Positions 1-11,037 of a stretch of 64,000 bases of DNA are shown here, piece by piece. Position numbers and translations under genes: made by a program. The notes below the pieces were generated by a model. That model saw nothing but the letters and a program-made list of their open reading frames with translations. It was not told the origin of the DNA and did not search any database. The stretch covers positions 32,001 to 96,000 of the forward strand of contig CAWJSR010000015.1 in the NCBI GenBank assembly GCA_963845515.1, written 5' to 3'. How positions within the stretch are numbered: position 1 is the first letter of the stretch; each line of letters begins with the position of its first letter. Source of the DNA: an uncultured delta proteobacterium (lineage in GTDB: Bacteria; Myxococcota; Myxococcia; Myxococcales; Anaeromyxobacteraceae).

Positions 1-2574
1 GCCGGTGCAGCGCCAGGTCCACTGGGCCGGGATCGGCGACTCGGCGCAGAGGTTGCCGGAGTTGTAGTTGCCGTTGTCGTCCACCGTGGCGCTCACGGCG
101 TTGGTCGCGTTCGCGACGCTCACGGCAAACGGCGCGCCCGCGGGGAGGCTCACGACGTAGTAGCTCGGGGCAGCCGTGCCCGCCTGGCTCGTGCGCGGCG
201 CCGCGGGGCCGAGCACGATCGGAGAGGCTGAGGTCCCCTCGGGCTGACCGACCTCGTCGTCGCCGTTGCTCCCCGTGACCCGCTGGGACCAGAGCTGGGC
301 GTACTTCGGGTCGCCGGACGGCGTCTCGAGCGTGAGGGCGAACGGCTGCGCGCCGTCGATGAGGGCGTCGTCCTGCCCGGTCACGTAGACGGTCTGCGGC
401 ACGTTCCAGGCCTCGGGCGGAATGACGAGGTCGACCGACGCGGCCGGCGCCCCGCCCGTGCCGACCCACGCTTCGCCCGGGTCGTCGACGGTGATCGGGA
501 TGGTGACCGGCGCAGAGGGGATGGAGGTGAGCTGGACGGTGAACGTCGCGACGCCGCCCTTCTCGGTCGTCGCGAGGCCGCTCGTCCGCGACAGCACGAC
601 CGACGAGTCGTCCACGTCATAGACGTAGACCGAGACGCTCTTCGACGGGAGGCCGTCGAACCGGTTGCCAGCAGCGCTCTCGGTCGGCCCCACGGTGATC
701 TTGGGGTACTGCAGGCTGTCGTCGACGTGGTCCGCCACGCCCTGGACCTGGACCGTCTGCGCGGTCGACCAGTCGGCCGGGGTGAAGGTGAGGTGGAGGA
801 TCGGACGAACGTGGAGCCGGAGTCCCCGCCCGCGACCAGCGCCTCGGTCTCGTCGTCGACGGTCACGGAGATGACGACGTCGGCGGTGGGCGCCACGTTC
901 AGCGAGACGCTCAGGGTCTGCGCCGCCGCCCCCTCGGTCACGTAGACGTAGCTCGGCGCGAGACCGCGTAGCCCGCGGTGTCGGCGTCGATGTTCGTCAC
1001 CTCGATGACCTGCGGCGCCACCGACGAGAAGGCCGGGTCGCCGGTCGGGGTGCCCACCGTGATCGTGTAGGGCTGGTCGCCGTCCGCCGCTCCGTCCCAC
1101 ATCCCCGTCACGTACACGGTCTTCGGGTTGAGGTAGTCCGTGGGGGTGAACTTCACGTAGAGGGTGTCGGCGGTGACCACGAAGTCCGTGAGCCGCCCCT
1201 CGGTCCGGTCGCTCGTCGTGATCGGGACGAGGAGATCGCCGATCGGCGCGCGGTTGATGGCGACGGTGAAGGACGCGTAGTTGACGGTGCCGCTCTCCCG
1301 GGTCTGGAGCGGGCTCCCCGACGCCGCCGGGACGATCACGACCGGGGTGTCGTTGTCCGTGTTGAGCACGTGGACCGCCTGCGAGGCCAGCGCAGCGTAG
1401 GCCGCATCGCCCACCGCCTTCCCGACCGTGACGTCGTACTCGACGTTGTCGGACGGCACGCTGTCGTCCTGACCGACGACGGTGACCGTCTGCGGCGTGG
1501 ACCAGTTCAACGCCGTGAAGGTGAGGTTGACCGCCGCGCCGCTCTGGCCCGCGCCGGAGAGGAGCCCCTCGGCCGGCCTGCCGCTCGTCACCGGGACGAC
1601 GAGGTCGCCGTCCGGCGCGCAGTTCAGCTTCACGGTGAAGGTCTCGACCGTGCCGTTCTCCGAGGTCACGAGGGTCGAGGTCGCGCCGGCGATGGTGATG
1701 CCCGCGGTGTCGGCGTCGGTGTTGGTCACCCGGATCGCCTGCGGAGCGGCGGCGAGGTACTCGGCGGCCAGCGTCTGCGCCGCCAGCACGCTCACCGTCA
1801 CGTCATAGGTCTGGTTGCCGTCGTCGACGCCGTCCCCGAGCCCGTGAACGTAGACGGTCTTCGGCGTAGACCAGTCGCCCGGGCCGAACAGGAGGTCGAC
1901 GGTCTCGTGGCTCATGTCGGCGTCGGTGGCGCCGAGCGTCCCCTCGGTGACGTCCGTGGAGCGCACCCGGACGACGACCGCCTGGCTGGGAGGCACGTTA
2001 AGCCGGACCGTGAAGGTGTTGTAGCTCCAGGGCTCCAGGGTCGCGAGGAGCGCGCTGTCGAGCGTGAGGCCCGGCATGTCGTCGTCGGAGTTGGTCACCA
2101 GGAGGTTACTGGGCGGGACGCTCGCGTAGACCGGATTGGCGTTGGCCAGGACCCGTACCTCGATCCGGTAGGTCTGGTTGCCGTCCTTGACGTAGTCGTC
2201 GACCGGGACGACCTCCATCGTCTGCGCCACGCTCCAGTCCGCGGGCGTGAAGGTAAGCGTGACGGAGGCGCCCCCCCACCACCCTCCCGGGTTCACCAGC
2301 ATGCCCTCCGCGAGGTTCGTAGAGGTCAAGGTGACCGTCACGTTCGACGTCGGCGCCATGAGGAGCCGCACCTCGACGGGCACGTTTGGCCCGTTCTCCG
2401 AGGTGACGACGGACGACGCGCTCAGGAAGACGCCGGGGTAGGGACCCGACGGGCCGGAGCTCCCTTCGCTGCACCCCACGAGGAGCGCGGCGGCGAGCAG
2501 CGCGGCGGCGAAGGCGGTCGCGGCTCGCGGCGGCGCGCGCTGCGCGGCGTCGCATGGGCGGCGTGGACGGACAT
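1..2574 (-). CDS. Large surface lipoprotein with six Calx-beta/cadherin-like ~120-aa repeats; apparent frameshifts near 2530, 955 and 810; runs off the window start
   Basis: Lipobox-like LLVG-C. Repeats of the form E.G..F.V.L..P...V.V...LTFTP.DW..PQTV.V.G.DD...DG.Q.Y occur in ORF 938-2722 and continue in two other frames down to position 1. AGGAG precedes the ATG at 2574, which is out of frame with the main ORF. Confidence 0.7.
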
Positions 2575-2738
2575 GTCGGCTCCTGGCGTTGCGCGCGGGA
2601 CGGCCCCACGGCCGGCCCGAGACGAAGGCGGGTCCGCGCATATTAGCGAAGCGTGAACGGGACGCGACGTGAATCGAGGCGTCGGCCAGCGTCACCGTGT
2701 AGGCGGCTGTGATCTGACGCACGTCGCCGTGCGCCCGA

Positions 2739-4148
2739 TCACCTGCCCGGCGGGGCGCCTGCCTGCTTCAGCCGCTTCCAGAGCGTGACGCGGGAGATCC
2801 CGAGCCGGCGCGCCGCCTCCGCCCGGTTCCCGCCGCAGATCTCCACCATGGCGAGGAGCTGCTCCAGCCCGAGCTCCCCGGGCCGCACGCCCTCGCGGCG
2901 GCTCACCTCGGCCCTCGGCGCCTCGGCGGGCACGGCGGGGCTGCGCACCTCCTCGGGCAGGTGCGCGGCCTCTATCAGCCCTCCCCCGGCACGAAGCGCC
3001 GCGAACTCCAGGACGTTCTGGAGCTCGCGCACGTTGCCGGGCCAGCGATAGGCCTTCAGCAGCGCGAGCGCGCCCGGCGCGAGGCCGGACGGGCGCGTGT
3101 CGCCACCCTCGGCGAGCCTCGCGAGCACGGCCTCGACCAGGAGCGGGAGGTCGTCGACGTGCTCCCGGAGCGACGGGACACGCAGCGGGAAGACCGCCAG
3201 CCTGAAGTAGAGATCGGCGCGGAAGCGCCCCTCCTCCACCATCGCCTTGAGGTTCCGGTGGGTCGCGCAGATCAGCCGGACGTCCACCTTGATGGGGGCG
3301 GAGTCGCCCACCCGCTCGATCTCGCGCTGCTGGACGACCCGGAGCAGCTTCAGCTGCACCGTCGGCGAGATGTCGCCGATCTCGTCGAGCAGCAGCGTGC
3401 CGCCGTGGGCCTCCTGGAAGCGGCCGCGCCGATCGCGGAGCGCGCCGGTGAACGCGCCCTTCACGTGGCCGAAGAGCTCGCTCTCCAGCAGGTTCTCGTT
3501 GAGGGCGGAGCATGAGACGCGCACGAACGGCCCGTCGGCGCGCCGGGAGCCGCGGTGGATGGCGTCGGCGACGCACTCCTTGCCGGCCCCGCTCTCGCCG
3601 AGGATCATGACGGTGGCGTTCGAGCGGGCGACCAGCGCGATGGTCCCGTAGAGCTCCCGCATCGAGGGGTGGTTTCCCACGAGGCCGCACGGGCCAGCCA
3701 CCACCGGCTCGGCCGGCGTCCAGTCGCAGCGCGGCTCGGCGTCGGCGTCCCCGGCGGCGGTGAACGACTCGAGCGCACCCATTGGCCGGCCGTCGGGTGC
3801 GAGGAGCGCCACTGCGTGCTTCACGATCTGGAGGAGCCGCCCGTCCTTCGCGCGGAGCGTGCAGGTCTTCGACGTACGCCCCTGCCCCGCGAGGCCGCAG
3901 CGCAGCGGCCCCGCGCCGCACGAGCACCCGTTGACCGCGTCGCCGGCGAGGATGGAGCAGTCGCGACCTAGCGCGTCCTCGTGCGACCAGCCGGTGATCC
4001 GCTCGGCCGCCCGATTCCAGTAGGTGACCCTGCCGGCGAGGTCGGTGGTGAAGAGGCCGTCCGGCAGGGCGTCGGCGACGGCGCGGAGCGCAGCCTCGCT
4101 GCCGAGGCCGAGGAAGGGGAGCTTGCTGGCGGTGGAGTTCAGGCTCAT
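2739..4148 (-). CDS. PAS-domain sigma-54-dependent (NtrC/Fis family) transcriptional activator
   Basis: N-terminal PAS, Walker [42 protein letters not shown] and a C-terminal Fis HTH. Confidence 0.95.
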   Translation of the reverse strand: MSLNSTASKLPFLGLGSEAALRAVADALPDGLFTTDLAGRVTYWNRAAERITGWSHEDALGRDCSILAGDAVNGCSCGAGPLRCGLAGQGRTSKTCTLRAKDGRLLQIVKHAVALLAPDGRPMGALESFTAAGDADAEPRCDWTPAEPVVAGPCGLVGNHPSMRELYGTIALVARSNATVMILGESGAGKECVADAIHRGSRRADGPFVRVSCSALNENLLESELFGHVKGAFTGALRDRRGRFQEAHGGTLLLDEIGDISPTVQLKLLRVVQQREIERVGDSAPIKVDVRLICATHRNLKAMVEEGRFRADLYFRLAVFPLRVPSLREHVDDLPLLVEAVLARLAEGGDTRPSGLAPGALALLKAYRWPGNVRELQNVLEFAALRAGGGLIEAAHLPEEVRSPAVPAEAPRAEVSRREGVRPGELGLEQLLAMVEICGGNRAEAARRLGISRVTLWKRLKQAGAPPGR

Positions 4149-4250
4149 CTGTGACCGGGCGGAGTATCAGACCAGTCTGAGCCCCGATGGCGCTCGGCGG
4201 TTCACCGTGAACGTTGCGGTGAACGTGGTGCGGCGTTTGGCCGCGGGCCA

Positions 4251-5372
4251 CTACGGGGAGTGCGGGTGCGACCGGCCGGCGATCACCGCCCTGGTCGCGA
4301 GCCAGCCCGAGACCAGGGCGAAGGCGACGAACAGGTAGACCGCGGCGCGCGGTGGCGCGCTCGCGTTCGGGATCCCCTGCGCGTCCCGCGCCGACTCGAC
4401 GGCGTCCGGTGGCGGATCGGGTCGCGGCTTCGCCACCCGCTCCTGAGCCTGCCGCACGCTGCGCGGCGCCTCCCAGACGGTCACCATCCTCGAGGGCGAC
4501 TCGGCGTCGCCGCGCGGTGCGTACGTCGCCACGGAGGCCAGGGGAGCTGCCAGCCGCGCGACCACGGGGGGCGGTGGTGCGTCGGTCGGCTCCACGGGCG
4601 CGCTCGCCACCCCCGCGCGGGGAGCCGCCACCGGGGCGGGCACCGGCCCCTGCGGGCCGGGCGGCTTCGAGATCCACGCCGCTAGCTGCGGGAAGGCCGA
4701 CGCCGCCGCGTCGATGCGGATCGCGAAGGTCACACCGCTCGCGTCGCGCGTCCCCGCCGTCACCACCCCGACCGCTCGGCCGAGCCGGTCCACCAGCGGA
4801 CCGCCGGAGCTGCCGGGGCGAAGCGCCATCTGGGCCAGCAGCATCGGCGCGCCGTCCCCCAGCGGGCGCGGGTTGGCGATGAGCCCCGTGGAGAAGGTCC
4901 AGGCCGCGCCACCGCCGTGACCGACCGTGGCGGCGAACGAGCCGGCGCGAAGGGCGTCCGCGGCGCCGGCGACCAGGGGAGGAACGTCATCGAACGGGAT
5001 CCGGACCAGCGCGAGGTCGAGTGCGCCGGTGGCGCGCGCCACGACGCGGCCGCGGCCGTAGCGGCCGTCCGAAAGCTGCACGGCCACCTCCTCCGCCTCG
5101 CCGACCACGTGCGCGTTGGTGAGGACGAGGCCGCCAGACCCCACGGCGAAGCCGGAGCCCGAGGCGCCGTCGCGGACCAGCAGGACGACCGACGGGGCCA
5201 CTCGGGCGAAGAGGCTCGACTGCTCAGCCTCCAGAGACGCGAGCGACGGGCTGCCCTCGGCGCGGGCCTGCAGCCCCGTGACCGCGGCCGGATCGGGGCC
5301 TGCGACGACCAGTGCCGCGATTACGATCGTGATGAGCGCCCCCGGGATCATTGCGCTCTTGACCCTAATCAA
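4251..5372 (-). CDS. Trypsin-like (S1C) serine protease, membrane-anchored, no PDZ
   Basis: GSGF, LTNAHVV, DLAL and PGSSGGPL motifs; hydrophobic segments at both termini. Confidence 0.85.
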   Translation of the reverse strand: MIRVKSAMIPGALITIVIAALVVAGPDPAAVTGLQARAEGSPSLASLEAEQSSLFARVAPSVVLLVRDGASGSGFAVGSGGLVLTNAHVVGEAEEVAVQLSDGRYGRGRVVARATGALDLALVRIPFDDVPPLVAGAADALRAGSFAATVGHGGGAAWTFSTGLIANPRPLGDGAPMLLAQMALRPGSSGGPLVDRLGRAVGVVTAGTRDASGVTFAIRIDAAASAFPQLAAWISKPPGPQGPVPAPVAAPRAGVASAPVEPTDAPPPPVVARLAAPLASVATYAPRGDAESPSRMVTVWEAPRSVRQAQERVAKPRPDPPPDAVESARDAQGIPNASAPPRAAVYLFVAFALVSGWLATRAVIAGRSHPHSP

Positions 5373-5471
5373 GACGCTGGTGCCGCGCCCGACAGCCTGC
5401 TTACCGCCCCTAACGTGGCGCCCCTAATGGGCGCGAGGGTGGCGCCGGCGATCGGAGAAAGCTGTTGGTCC

Positions 5472-6242
5472 ATGGCCGGCGACGTCTGGAATCCCGATCT
5501 CTACGCACGCTTCGGCGCCGAGCGCGCCCAGCCCTTCCACGATCTGCTCGGGCTCGTGAGGCCGCATCCCGGGATGCGCGTGGTGGACCTCGGCTGCGGC
5601 CCCGGCGAGCTGACGGCCCACCTGCACCGCGCGCTCGCCGCGCGAGAGACCATCGGCCTCGACTCGTCGGCCGCCATGCTGGAGCGGGCTGCCGCTCACG
5701 CCGGCGGCGGCCTCTCCTTCGTGAAGGGGGACATCGGCGCGTTCGAGGGCGAGGGGCTCGACCTCGTCTTCTCCAACGCCGCGCTGCACTGGATCCCCGG
5801 CCACGAGCCGCTCCTCGCGAGGCTCGCTGGCGCGCTCGCTCCGGGGGGCCAGCTCGCCGTGCAGGTCCCGGCCAACCACGACCACCTCTCCCACCGGCTC
5901 GCCTACGAGATCGCCCGCGAGCCTCCGTTCGCCGGACCTTTGGGAGGCTACGAGCGCGGCAAGCCGGTGCTGGAGCCGGAGGAGTACGCCCACGCCCTCT
6001 TCCGGCTGGGCTTCCGCGAGCAGCATGTCCGGCTCGTCGTCTACGCCCACCCGATGCCGGCGCGCGACGACGTGGTGGAGTGGGTCAGAGGCACGCTCCT
6101 CACGGACATCCAGCGACGGCTCCCGGGGGAGCTCTGGGAGCGCTACCTCACGACCTACCGGGCGCGGCTGCTCGCGGCGCTCCCCGACGAACGCCCCTTC
6201 CTCTACACCTACAAGCGGATCCTGTTCTGGGGAGTGCGCTGA
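5472..6242 (+). CDS. tam: Trans-aconitate 2-methyltransferase-like class I SAM methyltransferase
   Basis: WNPDLYARF..ERAQPF.DLL, VVDLGCGPG, FSNAALHW and LAVQVP.N motifs; ATG at 5472. Confidence 0.8.
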   Translation: MAGDVWNPDLYARFGAERAQPFHDLLGLVRPHPGMRVVDLGCGPGELTAHLHRALAARETIGLDSSAAMLERAAAHAGGGLSFVKGDIGAFEGEGLDLVFSNAALHWIPGHEPLLARLAGALAPGGQLAVQVPANHDHLSHRLAYEIAREPPFAGPLGGYERGKPVLEPEEYAHALFRLGFREQHVRLVVYAHPMPARDDVVEWVRGTLLTDIQRRLPGELWERYLTTYRARLLAALPDERPFLYTYKRILFWGVR

Positions 6243-6373
6243 GGCGCTCACCGGACGGCCACGGAGCCGGGCTGTCGTGCCCTGAGCTCGGGGGACACCC
6301 GTCCCTGGGATGCACCTGGGCCCGCGCTGGGCAGTAGATTTCCGGCGACGAGCGCATCATGTGAGGAGGGTCG

Positions 6374-6664
6374 ATGGCAACCGCGAACCGTCCCGAGATC
6401 ATCTACCCGACCGAGCCCGAGGGCTGGGCCGAGCGCGTGGCGTCCGCGCGCACCTCCGTGCACCGCGCGAAGTCTCTCGACGAGCTGGCGGAGGCGCTCA
6501 ACAGCCCCGACTTCGCGGCGCTGCCGCTGAAGGACCTCGTCACCCTCCCCACCTTCGGCGGCGAGCGTCCGCGCGGGCGCTGCGTCTTCAGCTGGGACGA
6601 CGACCGAGTCCTGATGATGAACGATCTCGGCGACGGGTTCACGATCGAGCCGCGCCGCCCCTGA
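6374..6664 (+). CDS. Hypothetical protein (96 aa)
   Basis: GAGGAGG RBS before the ATG and GC3-biased codons. Confidence 0.7.
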   Translation: MATANRPEIIYPTEPEGWAERVASARTSVHRAKSLDELAEALNSPDFAALPLKDLVTLPTFGGERPRGRCVFSWDDDRVLMMNDLGDGFTIEPRRP

Positions 6665-6736
6665 TCGGACGAACGCCAGCGCGACCCATACGGCTGGCTT
6701 GCGGTCGCGGCCGCTCGACCCGTATGACTGTCGGGA

Positions 6737-7537
6737 ATGCGAGCCCCGATCGGTTCCACGACGGCGCGAGCGATCGCCCTCGTCCTCCTGTTCCTCGGCA
6801 GCGCGCCCCCGGCCGGCGCGCAGGCGCCCGGCCCCGCCGTGGGCGTCCAGGAGCGGCTCGGCGAGACGGTGCCGCTCGAGCTCGTGCTGCGGGACGAGCG
6901 GGGGGCGTCGGTCCGGCTGGGCGACGCCCTCGACAAGCCGACCCTCCTCGCCCTCGTCTATTTCCGCTGCCCGAGCATCTGCTCGCCGCTCCTCAACGGC
7001 CTGTCGAGCGTCGTCGAGCGGACGGGGCTCACTCCCGGCCGCGACTTCCAGGTCATCGCCGTCAGCTTCGACGACCGCGACACGCCCCCGCTGGCCGAGA
7101 CCAAGCAGCGGAACTACCTCGCCGGCCTCTCGCCCGGCTTCCCGCCCAGCGCCTTCCGGTTCCTCACCGGCGACGCCGCGACGACCAAACGACTCGCCGA
7201 TGCCGTCGGCTTCGGCTTCCGGCGCGAGGGAGAGGACTTCGCCCACCCGGCCGTCGTGACGGTGCTCGCGCCTGGCGGCAAGATCACGCGCTACCTCTAC
7301 GGCGTGTCGTTCCTGCCGTTCGACGTCAAGATGGCCGCGGTCGAGGCGTCGCAGGGACGCGCGACGCCCACCGTGAGCCGCGTGCTCCAGGTCTGCTACC
7401 GCTACGACGCGGCGGGGCGCCGCTACGAGCTCGATCTCACCCGGATCTTCGGCATCGCGACGCTGACGGTGCTGGTCCCGTTCGTCGCGTTCCTGATCCT
7501 GCGCGGCCGGCGGAAGCGCGCCGAGGAGGGGCGATGA
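6737..7537 (+). CDS. SCO/SenC family copper chaperone
   Basis: YFRCPSICSPL (CxxxC) and a conserved His (FAHPA); first gene of the cox operon. Confidence 0.9.
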   Translation: MRAPIGSTTARAIALVLLFLGSAPPAGAQAPGPAVGVQERLGETVPLELVLRDERGASVRLGDALDKPTLLALVYFRCPSICSPLLNGLSSVVERTGLTPGRDFQVIAVSFDDRDTPPLAETKQRNYLAGLSPGFPPSAFRFLTGDAATTKRLADAVGFGFRREGEDFAHPAVVTVLAPGGKITRYLYGVSFLPFDVKMAAVEASQGRATPTVSRVLQVCYRYDAAGRRYELDLTRIFGIATLTVLVPFVAFLILRGRRKRAEEGR

Positions 7538-9156
7538 CCGGTACGGCTGGCGGGAGCGGCTCGGAGGGCTACCTGGGGGCAGGTGCGCGACCCGGGATCA
7601 GGGGCTGGATCTTCTCCACCGACCACAAGCGGGTCGGCGTCCTCTACCTCACCTCGCTCCTCGGCTTCTTCATGGTGGCGATGGCCATCGGCGTCCTGAT
7701 GCGCGTCGAGCAGCTCACGATGGGGCGCACGATCATGGGGCCGGTCACCTACAACGCCCTCTTCACGCTGCACGGCGTGATCATGATCTTCCTCTTCGTG
7801 ATCCCCGGCCTCGGCGCGGCGTTCGGGAACTTCATGCTGCCGCTGATGATCGGGGCGAGAGACGTGGCGTTTCCGCGGCTCAACCTCCTCTCGTGGTGGT
7901 TCTACATCGGCGGCGCCGCCATCGTGATCACGTCGCTCTTCACCGGCGGCGGCCCGCCCGACACGGGCTGGACCTTCTACGTCCCGTACAGCCTCCGGAC
8001 GACCACCAACGTCCCGCTCGCGGTCTTCGGCGCGTTCGTCATCGGCTTCTCGTCGATCCTCACGGGGCTGAACTTCATCACGACGATCCACCGGCTCCGC
8101 GCGCCGGGGATGCGCTTCGGCAACATGCCGCTCTTCGCGTGGTCGCTCTACGCGACGAGCTGGGTGCAGCTGCTCGCGACGCCGGTCCTCGGGATCACGC
8201 TCCTGCTCGTCATCCTGGAGCGCCTCTTCGGCGTCCCGATCTTCGACCCGGCGAAGGGGGGCGACCCGCTCCTCTACCAGCACCTCTTCTGGATCTACAG
8301 CCACCCGGCGGTCTACGTGATGATCCTCCCGGCGATGGGGGCCGTGACCGAGATCATCCCGACCTTCGCCCGCCGGACCATCTTCGGCTACCGCTTCATC
8401 GCCTTCTCCTCGATGGCGATCGCCGGCGTTGGCAGCCTCGTCTGGGCGCACCACATGTTCACGAGCGGCCTCTCGGACCAGGCGGCCATGGTCTTCTCCC
8501 TGCTCACCTTCCTCGTCGCGGTGCCGAGCGCCATCAAGATCTTCAACTGGGTCTCGACGCTCTACAAGGGGTCGATCCAGCTGTCCGCGGCGCTGCTCTA
8601 CACGCTCGGCTTCGTCTTCCTCTTCAGCCTCGGCGGGCTCACCGGCCTGATGCAGGGGGCGCTCGCCGTCAACGTCCAGGTCCACGACACCTACTTCATC
8701 GTCGGGCACTTCCACTACGTGATCTTCGGCGGGACCGGCTTCGCCTTCTTCGCCGCCCTCCACTACTGGTTCCCGAAGATGTTCGGGCGGATGGTGGACG
8801 AGCGGCGCGCGAAGCTCGCGTGGATCCCGATCTTCGTCGGCTTCAACCTGTTCTACTTCTCCATGCTGGTGATCGGCGTCCAGGGGATGCCGCGGCGCTA
8901 CTTCGACCACCTGCCGCAGTTCCACACCGGGCACCTCCTCGCGACGGGCGGCGCGTTCCTGATGGTCGCGGGGCTCCTCGCGATGCTCCACAACCTCGCG
9001 AAGGCGCTCCGCCGTGGCGCGCCCGCGCCGGCCAACCCCTGGGGCGGCGTGACCCTCGAGTGGTCCACCACCTCGCCGCCGCCAGCCGAGAACTTCCACG
9101 TCCTCCCCGCCATCCCCGTGAAGCCCTACGCCTTCCCGCGCGAGGTGGCGCCGTGA
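7534..9156 (+). CDS. ctaD: Cytochrome c oxidase subunit I (A2 type)
   Basis: STDHKR, TLHG, GWTFY, FWIYSHPAVY, WAHH, HFHY and GMPRRY motifs; ATGA overlap with the SCO gene. Confidence 0.97.
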   Translation: MTGTAGGSGSEGYLGAGARPGIRGWIFSTDHKRVGVLYLTSLLGFFMVAMAIGVLMRVEQLTMGRTIMGPVTYNALFTLHGVIMIFLFVIPGLGAAFGNFMLPLMIGARDVAFPRLNLLSWWFYIGGAAIVITSLFTGGGPPDTGWTFYVPYSLRTTTNVPLAVFGAFVIGFSSILTGLNFITTIHRLRAPGMRFGNMPLFAWSLYATSWVQLLATPVLGITLLLVILERLFGVPIFDPAKGGDPLLYQHLFWIYSHPAVYVMILPAMGAVTEIIPTFARRTIFGYRFIAFSSMAIAGVGSLVWAHHMFTSGLSDQAAMVFSLLTFLVAVPSAIKIFNWVSTLYKGSIQLSAALLYTLGFVFLFSLGGLTGLMQGALAVNVQVHDTYFIVGHFHYVIFGGTGFAFFAALHYWFPKMFGRMVDERRAKLAWIPIFVGFNLFYFSMLVIGVQGMPRRYFDHLPQFHTGHLLATGGAFLMVAGLLAMLHNLAKALRRGAPAPANPWGGVTLEWSTTSPPPAENFHVLPAIPVKPYAFPREVAP

Positions 9157-9788
9157 GCGCCGAGGCCGCGGGTCAGCCGGGCGCGGAGGGGGCCGCCCCG
9201 CACCGCGACGACGCCGGCTCGCGGATGGGGATGTGGCTCTTCCTGCTCTCGGAGCTGCTCCTCTTCAGCGGGCTCTTCATCGCCTACGCCGCCTACCGCT
9301 CGATCCACCGCGCGGACTTCCACCACGCCGGCGCCGAGCTGAACGCGGCCCTGGGGGTGGCGAACACCATCGTGCTCCTCACGAGCAGCCTCACCGTCGC
9401 GCTCGGGGTGCACGCCCTGCGGGAGGGGCGGGAGCGGGAGCTGCCGCTCTGGAACTGCGCCACGATCGTGCTCGCGCTCGTCTTCCTGGCCGTCAAGGCG
9501 GTCGAGTGGAGCGCCAAGTACGCGCACGGCCTCTTCCCGGGACAGCCGGGGCTGGACGCGCTCCCGCCGGGGGAGCGGCTCTTCTTCGGGCTCTACTTCG
9601 CCACCACCGGGCTGCACGCGCTCCACGTCGTCGCCGGGGCTGTCGTCCTCGCCGTGGCGTCGTCCCTGGTCGCGCGCGGACGCGTGGGACGCGACGCCCC
9701 CGTGATCGCCGAGAACGCCGGGCTCTACTGGCACCTCGTGGACGTCATCTGGATCATGATCCTCCCGCTCTACTACCTGGCCGCGTGA
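9153..9788 (+). CDS. ctaE: Cytochrome c oxidase subunit III
   Basis: GMWLFLLSE, TGLHALHV and GLYWHLVD motifs; GTGA overlap with subunit I. Confidence 0.93.
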   Translation: MSAEAAGQPGAEGAAPHRDDAGSRMGMWLFLLSELLLFSGLFIAYAAYRSIHRADFHHAGAELNAALGVANTIVLLTSSLTVALGVHALREGRERELPLWNCATIVLALVFLAVKAVEWSAKYAHGLFPGQPGLDALPPGERLFFGLYFATTGLHALHVVAGAVVLAVASSLVARGRVGRDAPVIAENAGLYWHLVDVIWIMILPLYYLAA

Positions 9789-9798
9789 TGGGGGACCG

Positions 9799-10086
9799 AT
9801 GAGCGCACCTGCAGCACACGGGACGGCGGGCGCGAGGACGCTGGTCGGGGTCTGGGCGGCGCTCGTGGCGCTCACCAGCGCGCTGGTCGCGGCGAATCAC
9901 TTCGCGCCGGGGAACCCGGGGATCGTCGCGACGATGGCGATCACGCCGGCCAAGGCGGCCCTCGTGCTCTGGTACTTCATGCACCTGCGCGAGGAGGGGC
10001 GCGCCGTCCGGTACATGCTCCTCGCCGCGGCGGTGACCATCTTCGTGTTCATCGGGCTGCTCATGGTCGACTACTCGTTCCGTTAG
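9799..10086 (+). CDS. Cytochrome c oxidase subunit IV
   Basis: KAALVLWYFMHL motif, three TM helices and operon position. Confidence 0.88.
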   Translation: MSAPAAHGTAGARTLVGVWAALVALTSALVAANHFAPGNPGIVATMAITPAKAALVLWYFMHLREEGRAVRYMLLAAAVTIFVFIGLLMVDYSFR

Positions 10087-10095
10087 GGAGGACCG

Positions 10096-11037
10096 ATGTT
10101 CCCGAGCGCGTCCAACCTGGCAGGCGGCGTCGACCGCGTCTTCCTCTACATCGTGGCGCTGTCCGCGGCCGTGCTCGTCGCGGTCACGGCGACGATGGTC
10201 TTCTTCGTCATCCGCTACTCCCGCTCGCGCCGGCCGGTGGCGGAGCAGATCGAGGGGAACCGCTGGCTGGAGGTCGCCTGGACCGCCATCCCCACCGTCA
10301 TCTTCCTGTCGATGTTCTATTACGGCTGGGCAGTCTGGAAGGGCGGGCGCGGGGGCCCCGCCGACGCGCCGGTGGTCACCGTCACGGCCAGGCAGTTCGC
10401 GTGGTCCTTCACCTACCCGGGCGGCAAGACGACCCCTGAGCTGGTCCTTCCGCTGGGGCGCCCGGTCAGGCTGGACGTAAGGTCGCTCGACGTCGTCCAC
10501 GGCTTCTTCGTCCCGGCCTTTCGCGTGAAGGTGGACGCCGTGCCTGGCCGGACCAACTACACCTGGGTCACGCCGACGGTCGAGGGCAGCTACGACATCG
10601 AGTGCACCGTCATCTGCGGGCCGACCCACTCCTACATGCTCTCGAAGGCCAACGTCGTTCCGGCGGAGGTCTACGACGCCTGGGTCGCCACCTCCGCGAC
10701 CGAGCCTCCGGGCGCTGGTGGGGTCCTCCCCGCGAAGCCCGCCCCGCCGGCGGACCCCGTGGCGCGCGGGAAGGCGCTCGCGGCGGACAACGGCTGCACC
10801 GGCTGCCACAGCGAGGACGGGTCGCCGCTGGTCGGGCCGACCTTCAAGGGGCTCTGGGGCAGGTCGGAGCCGCTCGAGACCGGCAAGACCGTGGTCGTCG
10901 ACGAGCCCTACCTGGTGCGCTCCATGAAGGAGCCGAGCGCCGACGTGGTGAAGGGCTACCCCGACGCGATGCCCCCGCAGCCGCTCACCGACGCCCAGAT
11001 CCAGGACGTGATCGCGTGGCTCAAGACGCTGAAGTGA
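10096..11037 (+). CDS. ctaC: Cytochrome c oxidase subunit II with fused cytochrome c domain
   Basis: LEVAWT, DVVHGF, CuA motif CTVICGPTHSYM and C-terminal CTGCH heme c motif. Confidence 0.95.
   Translation: MFPSASNLAGGVDRVFLYIVALSAAVLVAVTATMVFFVIRYSRSRRPVAEQIEGNRWLEVAWTAIPTVIFLSMFYYGWAVWKGGRGGPADAPVVTVTARQFAWSFTYPGGKTTPELVLPLGRPVRLDVRSLDVVHGFFVPAFRVKVDAVPGRTNYTWVTPTVEGSYDIECTVICGPTHSYMLSKANVVPAEVYDAWVATSATEPPGAGGVLPAKPAPPADPVARGKALAADNGCTGCHSEDGSPLVGPTFKGLWGRSEPLETGKTVVVDEPYLVRSMKEPSADVVKGYPDAMPPQPLTDAQIQDVIAWLKTLK

Noticed and set aside
4200..4226. LexA/SOS box
   Set aside because: The GTTC repeats are spaced by 8 nt rather than the GTTC-N7-GTTC form, and the downstream gene is not a repair gene.
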